The notes under the pieces are model-generated. The model was given only the letters and a program-made list of their open reading frames with translations. It did no database searches and was not told the DNA's origin. DNA of 62,903 nt, counting the filler, from Basidiobolus ranarum (Eukaryota): assembly GCA_040143965.1 (NCBI GenBank). It is 56 parts of 56 records of this genome, joined end to end, with 100 filler letters (N's around TTAATTAATTAA, not from the genome) between each part and the next. Parts side by side here need not be neighbours in the genome. Positions count along the whole stretch, not along the records: positions 23,719 to 24,744 come from JASJQH010006769.1; positions 24,845 to 25,870 come from JASJQH010006770.1; positions 25,971 to 26,996 come from JASJQH010006771.1; positions 27,097 to 28,121 come from JASJQH010006772.1; positions 28,222 to 29,246 come from JASJQH010006773.1; positions 29,347 to 30,371 come from JASJQH010006774.1; positions 30,472 to 31,496 come from JASJQH010006775.1; positions 31,597 to 32,621 come from JASJQH010006776.1; 48 more parts are not named here. The stretch is one strand, 5' to 3'. Shown here one piece after another: positions 24,523 to 37,217 of the stretch (position 1 is the first letter of the stretch; each line of letters starts with the position of its first letter). A program made the translations under genes and the position numbers.

Positions 24523-24744
24523 TTAATCTTCATATGATTCATCCATCATGATGCATAAGGATACCATCAAAGCCATATCGACTCCAGGTGCAATCTCGAG
24601 ACAATAGTCATGTTTGTCAAGAAGAATTTGTCGCGCAGTAACTGGTCGAAAGACCTTAGCAAGCAGCGTTCCACCTCTCTTTGGATCTCCTCGAAAAATA
24701 AATGCTTCGTGAACACGGAAGTCTCCTTTCACTATAAACTGACA
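24523..24744 (-). CDS. LURP-one-related protein, 3' part (upstream tandem paralogue)
   Basis: VKGDF...LLAKV.R...DYCLEIAPGVDMALMVSLCIMMDE, the LOR C-terminal motif. Confidence 0.85.
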   Translation of the reverse strand, partial: CQFIVKGDFRVHEAFIFRGDPKRGGTLLAKVFRPVTARQILLDKHDYCLEIAPGVDMALMVSLCIMMDESYED

Positions 24745-24844
24745 NNNNNNNNNNNNNNNNNNNNNNNNNNNNNNNNNNNNNNNNNNNNTTAATTAATTAA
24801 NNNNNNNNNNNNNNNNNNNNNNNNNNNNNNNNNNNNNNNNNNNN

Positions 24845-25870
24845 TAGCACTCTTTCAACTGGTGTACCTGGTTCCATGGTGAAATTAAGCTTTTTAGCCA
24901 GTACATCTGACTCTGGAAATGCAGATCTTCATGATGGTGTGAAGAATTTGGTGAGTGGGACAGTAGGGCCTAAACTCACTGTTTCCTTTGCTTTTCCCTT
25001 GGGTTTACCAACTGCCTGCCCCTTGAGTACTTCTTTAGCTGCTTTTTTTTCTTTTCCAAGTGAATAATTGCTCACATTTTTATTGAAATTTTTGGGTGGT
25101 AAGCTTTGTGTGATGGAATTGCTTAGAAAGAGCTTATAATACACCAAAGTTGCCATCCATGACTGGAAATATCTTGTGAATCCCCTCATGACTCATCCAT
25201 GGAACTGTCTCAGAATTAGCCAACGACATTGATGGGATGTACCTATATTACCACCTTTATGTAGGAGATGTTCTTTTTTCTACAATATCCTTAAACATTT
25301 AAAGAAGCCCTGCTATTATTGTCACAAATTCTGGTGCTATGAAAGCCAGAGGCTTTGTAGGAAAATGTTCACAAGCACAGTCACTGTGCAAAGCCACCAG
25401 GCACACAAAGCCACCAGCTGCACAAAACCTGGTTGATATTAATGATTATAAGTGCACAAAAATAACTTGAGTTTTGCCCACTGAGTCCACAGGCTCTGCT
25501 TTGCCTCAAAGTTTTGGTAACACCACCAAAAGTTAAGATACCATGGAGTTAATACAGTTATATGACCAGAATGATGTAGGTACAATTTCAACTTTGGTTG
25601 AACCAGTAAGTCCAGACAACTTTGAGGACATGCCGTAAGATATTGACCTTGGTTTTTTCAGTACTGATGGTAGTATATCAGAAGTTGAAGAAGAATACAA
25701 TGGTTGTGTTACAGATTCTTTGTTATTGGCATGCATTAGTTCACCTATAACACTTACACAAAGGAAGCAGATTTGATTATTCAGGAGTGAAGAGTTCAAT
25801 CTAATCTTAGCAACCAGGTGTTTATTGGTTTTCTTAGACTTTTACCACAGTTGATTGGCAACTGTTGCTT
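24845..25870. mobile_element. Internally deleted CACTA copy (ORF2 on -, transposase N-terminus on +)
   Basis: Mid-ORF2 is fused to the spacer at ~25080 and the transposase ATG region is deleted at ~25292. Confidence 0.8.
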
Positions 25871-25970
25871 NNNNNNNNNNNNNNNNNNNNNNNNNNNNNN
25901 NNNNNNNNNNNNNNTTAATTAATTAANNNNNNNNNNNNNNNNNNNNNNNNNNNNNNNNNNNNNNNNNNNN

Positions 25971-26996
25971 CCTAAAATAATAATGCTACATATCTTGATC
26001 TATCTCAGCAAGAAGTCTGTCATGAAGCTTTCCTAGAAATACCTTCAGATTAATACACCAATACATTGGTCCAAATTATAGAGGTACTTACTCTGTGTCC
26101 ATGGATTGGGCTTTGTTGCTGTTTTTGTGCTTAAACAATGCAAAAACCCATGGGCATATTAAAAAGAGCCCTTTGTTGGAAGATTGATATATTCTGCAGT
26201 CTCCTTAACTCATTATATCACATCCATGACTGATTTTACTGATATATTGTTAATCAGATTAGCATATGTTAATACTGACAATTTCACATAGAGCATCATT
26301 TCACCTCAGGTGTGCTCCATTTGAACCCCCAGAATGAATAGCAAGGGCCTATAGTTTCTGAACCTTGTGAAAAATGTAGCAGGCAATGTATTGAATACCA
26401 ACATAGATTCAGTCTATCTTATTTAACCCTAACGAAAATAAAATCAATTTGATCCGGATTGGATCTACAATCCAAAATAGCAAAAGTGTCAGAGAACCAT
26501 CACAATATTGTTGGCTTGCATTCTGCCAGGGATTTTGATGTTGTGATGGCGGTTTTTGATGGCAACTTAATGGTATTCATACATATTAAAATACTGATCC
26601 TCAAATTTGGCATGTGTTATTTGATATCCAGCAATTTTTGCAAAAATATAATTTTTGAATGGCAAATTACTGGGTTTATAGCTGTAGGAATTCAAACTTT
26701 TATGCATGCCTTTATTTAAAAGCAACATAGTTCAATATAAAGGTACTTACTCTGTGTCTGTGGATTGGGCTTTGTTGCTGTTATTGTGCTCAAACAATGT
26801 GAAAACTCATGAGCTCATTGAAAAGAGCCTTTGTTGGCAGGTTGATATACTCTGGAGTCTCTTTAACCCATTGCATTACTTCCATCACTGCTTTTGCTGA
26901 TATATTGTTAATCAGATTAGCATAGGGTAATACTGACAATTTCACACGGAGCATCATTTCACCACAGGTGCACTCCATTGGGAACTCCCAGAATGT
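25971..26996 (-). mobile_element. Two CACTA transposase C-terminal fragments separated by a right terminus at 26427
   Basis: FWEFPMECTCGEMMLRVKLSVLPYANL-type sequence occurs twice. CCCTAACGAAAATAAAATC at 26427. Confidence 0.85.
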
Positions 26997-27096
26997 NNNN
27001 NNNNNNNNNNNNNNNNNNNNNNNNNNNNNNNNNNNNNNNNTTAATTAATTAANNNNNNNNNNNNNNNNNNNNNNNNNNNNNNNNNNNNNNNNNNNN

Positions 27097-27813
27097 AAAT
27101 CTAGTGGTGAGTTGTATAGATTCCTCTTGTGAAATAGAAACCTCATCAGGAGTCTCTTTGATTTGGAGTGATCTAGTACATCTCTGCAATGGTCTGGACT
27201 GCTCCAATTTGCCTTTGGGAATATCTTCTGATTCAATAAATTGTCCTGCTTTTCTCTTTACACCTCTATTGATTACTCTTGCCATAGTGTCCTGAAAAGT
27301 TGTTTTGAACTCTGCAACCTCCATCAACAGTTGCTGTAAAGTCTCATTGAGTAGTGGTTGATATCTATTTAGAACATCTTTTGTCTCTAAAGTTGAGGCA
27401 TCAATGGTTGCTTCCAGTCCATACAAGCAAAAACATTATTGGAATTGTGTCTTTGCGGACTCAAAATTGAAATTCCTATTTCTTAATTCACACTCTCTAT
27501 CCTCATGAATATTATTGTATACTTTCTTGCAGACTTCTGAAGGCATGAAGATATAGTATTCTCTCCAAAGTGGAGCCAAAAGTTGCTTCCACTTTTGTCT
27601 AATGCCCCCTTCCCCAGCTTTTGTCAAGTTTATCATTAGCTCCCATATATGCAAGCAAGAATTCATTGTTTATACCTGGGAATCTGTAAAATCATTAGGT
27701 GCATGCTACTTTGTACCACCCACACCTTCATTTGACTGCACATGCAAAATTTTGGAAGTGATGGTTTCCTGTACCACAGTAGATTATGAATCAGGAAGAA
27801 TCTGTTTTGACAT
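27097..27813 (-). pseudogene. Decayed ORF with a possible Myb/SANT-like (trihelix) domain
   Basis: One frame with internal stops: K*HAPNDFTDSQV*...QKWKQLLAPLW...SEVCKKVYNNI. CpG-depleted. Confidence 0.45.
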
Positions 27814-28880
27814 GAAATGTAGCTACCATATATATCTATGATGTTAGAATTTATTGGTTTCGATTGGAATTAGGGATCTTTTTATATTAGTGGTTAAAAT
27901 GTCAAAGTTAATTTCCTATAGTTTGAACAAGCATACTGCATTCTGCTTTGAGCTGTTTTGATATGTACACTAAATAAATTGATATGCATCATACTATGAT
28001 TAACTTTGCTGATGCAGTTTATTATACAATTTCTATGCAATTACCTATAATTGAAATAAATAGGATAATAAATGCAAACAGAAATTCTATTATACAGAAT
28101 GTAGGGAATTTTACCATGATANNNNNNNNNNNNNNNNNNNNNNNNNNNNNNNNNNNNNNNNNNNNTTAATTAATTAANNNNNNNNNNNNNNNNNNNNNNN
28201 NNNNNNNNNNNNNNNNNNNNNCAAAAAACACATGTTTTGAATGGCAGAACTGAGCCCCAAATAATCAGAGTATGGATAAGCCAAGTAATGAGATGCTGTT
28301 TAACTAGTTTCAACAAGAGAAACAAAGTTCTTCAATCATTAAGATCAGCACTGTTACTATCCCAGCAAGTGTGCAAGTACAAAATTTGAAATCAACTAAG
28401 CCGCATCTTTCCTAAGAAGCCAGAATGACTCAGATTGGACATTGATTTGGCAAGTTAGAATCCAACGCAAAGCAAGCAATATCTCTGACCAAAGATTAAA
28501 GAAAGCAGCTAACTAACAGCTGTTTAGATTGGCAACATCTTGTGATCTAGCAAATGAGAAGAGCTGAGTATTTGCACATGCATGAATTTGAAACTCTGTT
28601 TATGTAAACCCAATTTCTAAGCAAAGGCTGATGTAGTTGCAATTGATCACTGATTCTTACTCCTAAGCTATCTCAGACTAGTGAACATAATCTGTTTGAT
28701 AAAAAGTGATTAAGCTTTCATCTATATTTCTGATCCTCCTTTTGGGTTCCAGAGAACATCATCCCAAAACACTGGCCTTCCTTTAAAATCAAGATATTCA
28801 TCTAGTCTGAACAGAAAGGTAATAATGGCTCATATTGCAACTTCAGGATTGTTTTTGACATTGTCAAAGTATTGCAATAC

Positions 28881-29246
28881 TGATAAAAGTGCTTATGAAA
28901 TTTGGAAGTATTGTAGACAAGACTGGGATTTGTGAATGGGAAACTAACATTTTATTGAATTAAATATGTCCTATTAATAGTTTACTATGAAATAGGACTA
29001 TTAGATGTGCTTAGATTTTAACCAACATGCCTTTTAAGCATGGATGAATATTTAAGATGATTTGAAGTGTTGAAATTAGGTAAATAGCAACTCATTATTT
29101 AGTAGTTAGTTTATTCATATTCTGATTATTTAGCGCTCAATTCTGTTATTCAAAAACGTGTGTTTATTGCTCTAATTGATAGAAATATCAATTAGATCAC
29201 TTTTACCAATTTTCACTATTTTCTCAAAACTTCTCCAAATCATCTC
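28881..29246. repeat. Two nested Copia LTR-B fragments in opposite orientation
   Basis: TGATAAAAG at 28881; TGTTGAAATTAGGTAAATAGC at ~29068. Confidence 0.8.
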
Positions 29247-29346
29247 NNNNNNNNNNNNNNNNNNNNNNNNNNNNNNNNNNNNNNNNNNNNTTAATTAATT
29301 AANNNNNNNNNNNNNNNNNNNNNNNNNNNNNNNNNNNNNNNNNNNN

Positions 29347-30371
29347 CATCAACCCTTTGACTTTAGCACCAAAGAAGGATTCACAAGGAAATCTTATGCT
29401 AAAAAGATACTGTTTAGATCCAAGACCTCTAAACAAGCTACTACAGGATGATAGATTTCCTATCCCTAGGAACAACAACATCTTTCCTTTGCTCTCAGGA
29501 GCACAAGTATTTTCTAAATTGAATTTAAAAGATGTTTATCATCAATTTCAGATTCATCTAGACCACCAACACAAGACTGCTTTCACATGGAGAAACATGC
29601 AATGGATGTTTCAAGGAGCACCCTGTAGACTCAAGACATTGACTAACAAGTTTTAAAGAGTTATGACTATCATTCTCAATGATACTAGCTATGCCTTAGT
29701 GTTTGTTGATGATGTTATCATCTTCTCAACTGATTGAGTTGATCATACAACCCATGTTACTAATATTATCAACCATCTTACTTCTGGTGGACTTATCCTG
29801 AATGCTGAAAAAAGCAGCCTTGCTTGCCTTCAAATCAATCTAATTGGTTTTATTGTTATTCCTACAGGCTACCAATCAGATCCTTACAAGTTAGTCAACA
29901 TTAAGGATTGGCCTAAGCCCACCACCGCTAAATTACTTCAAAACTATCTTGGAGTCTTCAACTATTTTAAGGAACATATGCCACTTTTGTCTACTCTAAG
30001 TGCACCACTTGATTTCTTACAACATAATCCAAGTCTACTCTCAGTTAGGACTAAAGTACATGACCAAGCCTTTGATTCACTATGCACAATGCTTCCCCAA
30101 GCTCCTACTCTATCTTATCCTGACTTTTCCAAGCCTTTATTTGTTGCTACCAATGCATATAATGTTGGGTGAGAGAACGTTCTTTGCCAGGACAAAGACC
30201 AAAATCCACCGGATTGGAATTCTTTCAAGCCAGATCTTTACAGCCTACTGAATGCAATTATTCTGCTACCAAGAAGGAATTAATAGCCATTGTGTTTGCC
30301 TTCAAGAAATTTCACCAGTACCTCTGGGGAAATCATTTTACTCTTTACACTGACCACTGAGCACTTGTCTA
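29347..30371 (+). mobile_element. Ty3/Gypsy reverse transcriptase and RNase H fragment
   Basis: RYCLDPRPLN, HKTAFT, FVDDVII, NYSATKKELIAIV and FTLYTDH. Confidence 0.93.
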
Positions 30372-30471
30372 NNNNNNNNNNNNNNNNNNNNNNNNNNNNN
30401 NNNNNNNNNNNNNNNTTAATTAATTAANNNNNNNNNNNNNNNNNNNNNNNNNNNNNNNNNNNNNNNNNNNN

Positions 30472-31496
30472 GATGTAGTCTCTGGAGATGAAAAGGAACC
30501 TTCTGACCCTTCTTTATTGGAAGCTTACAAGAAAAGAGATAAGAAGGCCTTTAATGTCATTTGTCAAAGTTTGAAGGATTCATAACTTGTGAATATTTAT
30601 TAAGCAAAGACTTCCCATCAAGCTTGACTATATTGGAAGAGTGTTATGAAGCAAAGAGTCTTGCCAATAGACTCTTTCTCAGACAAAAATTCTTCAATAC
30701 AAAGATGGAATAGTCTGAAAGCATGGCTACTCATATTGCAAATGTGAGATCTTTGGTTAAACAACTGGAAAATATTGGTGCAACTTTACAGGAAGAAGAT
30801 GTTTTTATAACTCTTCTGAGTAGTCTACCAGAACAGTATTCAAACTTGGTCACAGCTTTGGAAGCAAGATCTGACAAGTTGTCTTTGGAGTTTGCAGTGG
30901 CAAGGCTAATGGATCAACACCTCAGAAGTAAGAATTTGGAAAAAAAATCTCAGGAAGTGGCTCTTTTTGGAGCTGGAAAACATAGCTTTGGCAAGTACAA
31001 AGGTTACAGAGAAGGAAACCAGGTTTATGTTATGGTTGTAGTAAACCTGGACACCAGTTAAAAGATTGCAAATCCAGAAATTACAATAACAATGAGAAGT
31101 CATAACAATCAAATCAGGTTTTAACTAAAGAGATGGTTTTAATCATTTCTGCCCTATTGGTGACCTGTAAACAAGACTGTAGGTTGTGGTATATTGATCT
31201 GGAGCCTCTCAACATTTCTCTAATTGAAAATACTGGTTTAAGACACTCAAAACTGACATAAACAAGAAGGTTTATATGGGTGATGAGCAGCCACTAGAAG
31301 CTCTGAGAGTGGGAGAAATTGAAGTGGATCTTGGGGGCATCTCTGGGGACATGTATTTGACACTGAAAAATGTGCTATATGTGCCTGGGAAAGCAAAATA
31401 TTTGTTATCAGTGAGTGAAGCTACATCTGAGGGATAGAGCATTCATTTTGATCAAAATGGCAGTACAATCAGGGACCAAAAAGGGAATTATGCAAC
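30472..31496 (+). mobile_element. Copia gag-protease fragment
   Basis: LLSSLPEQY, CYGCSKPGH knuckle, WYID.GASQH. Confidence 0.9.
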
Positions 31497-31596
31497 NNNN
31501 NNNNNNNNNNNNNNNNNNNNNNNNNNNNNNNNNNNNNNNNTTAATTAATTAANNNNNNNNNNNNNNNNNNNNNNNNNNNNNNNNNNNNNNNNNNNN

Positions 31597-32621
31597 CAAA
31601 GTTCAACCAAAACACCATCAAGACCATCTGCTTCTAAAACAGCTACTTTGCCCACTATTCAACAACCCTCCGTCAAAAATTTGGATAGATTTATTACAAT
31701 AAGGGAATTGCAGTCAGAACACCATAATGATTTGTATGCAATCATGAGTAAAAACTATGAAGTTGCTATACAGGCCATGACAAGCAATAACACCACAATA
31801 TTGCAATTAATGCAGCGTATGGAAGCAACTAGTCAACAGTTAGGGAGTAACTCAACAATGATACAAGACCTTTAGAATGCTGTTCTTGAGCTACAACAAC
31901 ATGCTGCTCCCTCCATCCATTCTCATATGGGATTTCAGTCATTCCCATGCCATATGAACAACAACATGGCAATCTAGAAAGAGCTGAATATATGTTGGAA
32001 GAAATCTCATGGGAAAACTAGCAAACCAAAAGATTCTAAATGACAGCGCTGCAATCACTTGCTCTGATGATGAGTGATTTAACATTTTGGAAACTGTGCG
32101 GGATCTTGCCCAAAATCACCTGGATTTGATACAATTGTGGAAAAACCAAAAACCAGGCATTACTGTGAAGGTTCTTGACTTATTTCATGTGGCTTAACCT
32201 GGGTTTTTGCAAGCAAATGCCAATTATGCTAGTATAGGCATATTCATGAAACATCTCAAAAATGTACACAATTATCAACTTTGAAAAGAAAGAAATGAAG
32301 CTAAAGAAGTACTGAAGGAGCAGGAAGTTAGTAAACCCAAGGCAAAAGCAATGGAGCCAGTGAGGTTAGGCTCTACTGGCCCAGTTACCAAATTCTTCAC
32401 ACCATTACAAAGATCTGCAATTCCAGAGTCAGATATACTGGCAAAAAAGCTTAATTTCACCATGGAACCAGGTTCACCAGTTGGAAGAGTGCTAAGTTTG
32501 GAAGTTTATCCAACACATGGCACCTCTCAACAAGCCAAAACACCAGCAAATAAAACTCACAGCTCTCCAACCTCAACTGGTACTTTTCAAAGTGTTGAAA
32601 TTAGTCCCACAGGTAAAGGCA
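31597..32621 (+). mobile_element. CACTA ORF2 fragment
   Basis: Homologous to the other ORF2 copies. Confidence 0.85.
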
Positions 32622-34969
32622 NNNNNNNNNNNNNNNNNNNNNNNNNNNNNNNNNNNNNNNNNNNNTTAATTAATTAANNNNNNNNNNNNNNNNNNNNNNN
32701 NNNNNNNNNNNNNNNNNNNNNTTTCCAGCTGGTTGCGTCATCAATCAACCAATCTAGCTTCCTTGAGATATACACCAGGTCTACTTGAAAGTTATCTGAC
32801 ACTCACACATTAAATACTGATATGGATTCGAGCACTATCACAAACCATACATAAATGCAAACCATAGAATAAGCGATATGACGGTCTTGGTAGGCACAGG
32901 TTTCCCTAGCCCCATTTAGTCACAAAAATCTACTAATTAGGCAAATCGATTCAGCTGTTTGATAGTAGTGAGTACGTTGATTGTATTCTGAATTATGATA
33001 AATTACCTAATAGGGTAATCGCATTTTATTCTTAATCATGATCTACTACTTAATAAGGCAATCATATTCCAATCACATTTCATTAAAAGCTTGTTTACAA
33101 GCGGAAGTAAACTCACCTATTTTATCGATAGGAGCTAGCTAAATGAATATAGGCCACGGATAATAAATGGATATGGGCCACGGCCAAGGCGCAAGATGCA
33201 TTAGTTCTAGACCGTAATTAGGAAACAAGGAATGATAAACCAAGTTCATCAGAACAAGTCAGTCATTGTTTGATCACTTTTTGCCTCTTTTGGAAAATAT
33301 ACGAAATTTGTGTTCACCCGATGGATGCTTCGATTTACAGAAGGACAAAGCGGCTGCGGGTGCATTTTTCCCGACTTAGTATGTTTAGCCGATACAAAAG
33401 AATTTTTGCTTCACAAACATGGTTTCCGTGGCTAAGTGCGTGGGAGGGAGGGTGCTAGAATATTACATTAGCAAACAACTGCTAGTATTGCTAAATTGAG
33501 TGAGGTGATAGAATATTCCATTTTCAGGAATAACTCCGCATACTCCTTGGAGTCATTAGGATCTTGTTGCTACTTCAATTGCATCGCTAGGAGAAAGCTG
33601 AATTATTCTACTTGTTCTCTACAACCGCTAAGACTTGACCAGTGTATCCATAGTGCCAGAAGGTGGTTGCTTCGCTAGAAGGAAGCAGAAAGATGACAAA
33701 TACTTGGCTAGAAAGAGGTGAACAGATAACAAAGATTTGGCCAGTNNNNNNNNNNNNNNNNNNNNNNNNNNNNNNNNNNNNNNNNNNNNTTAATTAATTA
33801 ANNNNNNNNNNNNNNNNNNNNNNNNNNNNNNNNNNNNNNNNNNNNTTATGCAAAGTTGATCTAAGCATTTATTCAAGTACTCATGTATGTTAATAAAATT
33901 GGAATAGAGCTTAACTATCTAGCTCAAGTAGATACAAACCAAGTGTCATCATCATTGAGTTAATCAATAACCCCTGGTATATTTCATCCAACATGACACT
34001 TAAGTTTATGCGATTATGTGTAGAGCTTGGGGCCTCTTGAAAAAAATCGAAGAATCAAGTAGACGCAGTAATATTCAATTCCATATAAAGCAGAAATATT
34101 AATTCAATTCATGATATTGTGTAGTGACAATATTATTCCGGTTGCGACGAGTATTCAAAAGTATACATATGGCTATACCAAATGAAACCTAAAGAGTGGG
34201 AAATAAAGTTGTCACTTCTACCTGAGCTGAAAATTAATTTAACTTCAATGTCAATTACAAGTGAGGTAAGTACCGAAGTTAAGATGGTGAGATATGAAAT
34301 GATAAATTGAACTCTTCAGTTGATTACATTTCCCACTTGAGTCGTTGATAGTTCAAAGATAGACCATACGAAACACTGAGATTTTAGCATCTACTGACAA
34401 TCTTTCAGCCAACGGTTTAATTTGGTTTATCTAATGTTTATCACTCTTTCTAGTAGTTAAGGCGGGAAATGTATAAAATGTGCATCCCCGTAGTGTTCAA
34501 CGTTCATGTGGAATCCAGAATTTATAAAGCGAGTAAATCTCTCGATCAATCCAAGTTCTGAAAGTAAGAGTTCTTCCTCTCTTGTTGGGGATTCTACAGT
34601 AGTAAATTCGCAGATAAAATCAAGTCGCAAAGTATATTATGGAGATAGGTAATGCGCTGGTGCTTACTTCCGTTGTTTGGCAAAGCACTAAGTTTTTTTT
34701 AAATAGATACATTCCTCGAAGGGATTTCAATTTAGTTCATAGGTATGAATTGCTGAAAACAAAGCCGGAATCTAGCACTGAAGTTGTTGAATCTCCTGGG
34801 TGCTTGCAGTTTCGTTCCATGATCTTTTTCTTGCAGGAAACTAATATTACAACATGCATTTAACTTCAANNNNNNNNNNNNNNNNNNNNNNNNNNNNNNN
34901 NNNNNNNNNNNNNTTAATTAATTAANNNNNNNNNNNNNNNNNNNNNNNNNNNNNNNNNNNNNNNNNNNN

Positions 34970-35993
34970 TGAATGTCAAGTTGAATGTTCTTCTTCTAAA
35001 GCCACTTTCTGCATACTTGCACTGAGTTTTTCCCTTCATACTTTTGAAAATACTCCCCAAGCACTTTGAGTATTCTTGTTCATACTTGTAATGTGACACA
35101 ACTAAGGGTGCTTTGTGATGTTTGTGTGGATTTTTGCTTGCCTTTAATTTTGAGGCTAATTTCAACACTTTGAAAAGTACCAGTCAAGGTTGTAAAGCCA
35201 TCAGTTTTATTTGCTGGTGTTTTGACTTGTTGAGGGGTGCCAGGTCCTGGATAAATTTCAGAATTTAGCAGTAATGGAGCTGATTGTTATAATTTAAAGA
35301 AACAACCTACCATGGCACTTTCTACAACAGAAGTGGAGTACATGGTTGCCAGTGAAGCAACAAAAGAATCAATACAGTTACTAAAGCTCTCTACAGGTTT
35401 AGGTTATTCTTAAAGTTCACCCACTACCCAATTTCAAAATCATCAAAGTTGTATCAAATTAGATAAAAATCCCATATTTCATGATAGAAGCAAGCATATA
35501 GATATTAGATATCAATTCATTAGAGAGACTGTAGAGGATAAGCTTATCAACTTATTATTCTACACAAGACATGATTGCTGATATACTAACCCAACATTAG
35601 CTTGACAGAAATTTGGAGCTTCCTTTGGATTTGTAAATATGACCATATAGCTGGGTGAGAGTGTCAAAATTAGCATTGCCTAGGCATCTATGTAGTCATA
35701 TATAACTTTAACTTATTTATCCTATATTTTGCTAACCTAATACCTATTACTTGCAATTGGAATTTACTTTGAATATTTCTGGCTACATAGAAGTTCTTGT
35801 TAGAGGATCTTGACATAATGAGAGTATACTGTGTGTATTAGAAGCAACATATGATAGTGAATGTTAATTACTTTATTCTTAGGAGCATATGGTGACTTAT
35901 TTGGTAGAAAGGTAAATTAATTGTTTCAGAAATTCAGGATTTGGCTTAATAAGATATAGTAGAGAAGTGGGGGTAATAAGACATACTTGTTAT
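34970..35993. mobile_element. Mosaic: CACTA ORF2 (-) to ~35270, Copia RNase H (+), polypurine tract, LTR-A-like and LTR-D fragments
   Basis: KKQPTMALSTTEVEY, RSKHIDIRYQFIR; LTR start TGTCAAAATTAGC at ~35662. Confidence 0.8.
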
Positions 35994-36093
35994 NNNNNNN
36001 NNNNNNNNNNNNNNNNNNNNNNNNNNNNNNNNNNNNNTTAATTAATTAANNNNNNNNNNNNNNNNNNNNNNNNNNNNNNNNNNNNNNNNNNNN

Positions 36094-36738
36094 ATGGTGA
36101 CATTCATATGTATGGTGTGGGATTGATTGAAATCCCATATGAGAATGGACAGAGGAAGCAGCATGTTGCTGTAGCTTGAGTACAGAATTCTGAAGGTCTT
36201 GTATCATTGTTGAGTGAATCTCTAACAGTTGACTAGTTACATCCAAACGCTGCATTAATTGCAATATTGCAGCATTATTGCTTGTCATGGCCTGTATAGC
36301 AACTTCATAGTTTTTACTTATGATTGTATACAAATCATTACGGTGTTCTGCCTGCAATTCCCTTATTGTAATAATTCTATCCAAATTTTCTATGGAGGGT
36401 AGTTCAATAGTGGGCAATGTAGCCAATTTGGAAGTTGATGGCCTTGACGGTGTTTTGTTTGAGTTTTGCTCAACTATTGATTTACTACATAGTTGGAGGA
36501 TTATAATCTCTTCACTTGCACTATTGCTGGAAAGGAACACATCTGGTAAATTGATTAATGCTTCATCATTACTTGAGTTGGTTTCCGGCATGTTAATGTC
36601 TTCCAAAGTGGATAGTGGATTGCTAGACTGTTCATCAATTAAGTCCACTGCTTTTGCTGGTTTTTTTTGTTTTGTGCCAGCAGGCTTTGGCTTGGAAGCC
36701 AATTTTAACTTAGATTTTGAACGCTTTTTGAATGGCAT
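36094..36738 (-). mobile_element. CACTA ORF2 N-terminal 215 codons (open frame)
   Basis: Basic N-terminus, Ser/acidic linker, and heptad-like segment ILQLMQRL...IQDLQNSVLKLQQ. Confidence 0.85.
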
Positions 36739-36950
36739 TGAAATTTTCAGATGTTAAACTTGGTGTAATGAAATTGCTTAGAAACAGCTTATAATAAACC
36801 AAAATTGCCATCCATTACCGGAAATATCTTGTAAATCCCCTGATGACTCATCTGTGACACCATCTCAGAATCAGCTGATGATATTGATGGGCTATACCTA
36901 AAATACCACCCTTATGTGGGAGGTGTTCTTTATTCTACAATATCCTTCTC

Positions 36951-37117
36951 ATGCCACAACACAAACATTTAAAGAAGCCCTGCTATTATTGTCGCAAATT
37001 CTTGTGCCATGAAAGCCGGAGGCTTCATAGAAAAAATAATCACAAGCAGGGTCACTGAACAAAGCCACCAGCTGCACAAAGCCTGGTGTATAACAACAGT
37101 AATAAGTGCACGAAATT
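36951..37117 (+). mobile_element. CACTA transposase start
   Basis: MPQHKHLKKPCYYCRKFLCHESRRLHRKNNH (C-x2-C-x11-H-x4-H). Confidence 0.75.
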
Positions 37118-37217
37118 NNNNNNNNNNNNNNNNNNNNNNNNNNNNNNNNNNNNNNNNNNNNTTAATTAATTAANNNNNNNNNNNNNNNNNNNNNNNNNNN
37201 NNNNNNNNNNNNNNNNN

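Noticed and set aside
28320-28880. Possible decayed coding sequence on the minus strand (LDEYLDFKGRPVFWDDVLW)
   Set aside because: Many stops and no assignable family.
32722-34869. Short ORFs in two unique contigs
   Set aside because: No motifs or coding signal I can support; probably intergenic DNA or unrecognised small exons.
36320-36757. Recurrent antisense ORFs (MIVYKSL..., MVKLSFFASISDSG...)
   Set aside because: They are shadow frames of ORF2. Their starts and ends vary between copies and they show no recognisable motifs.
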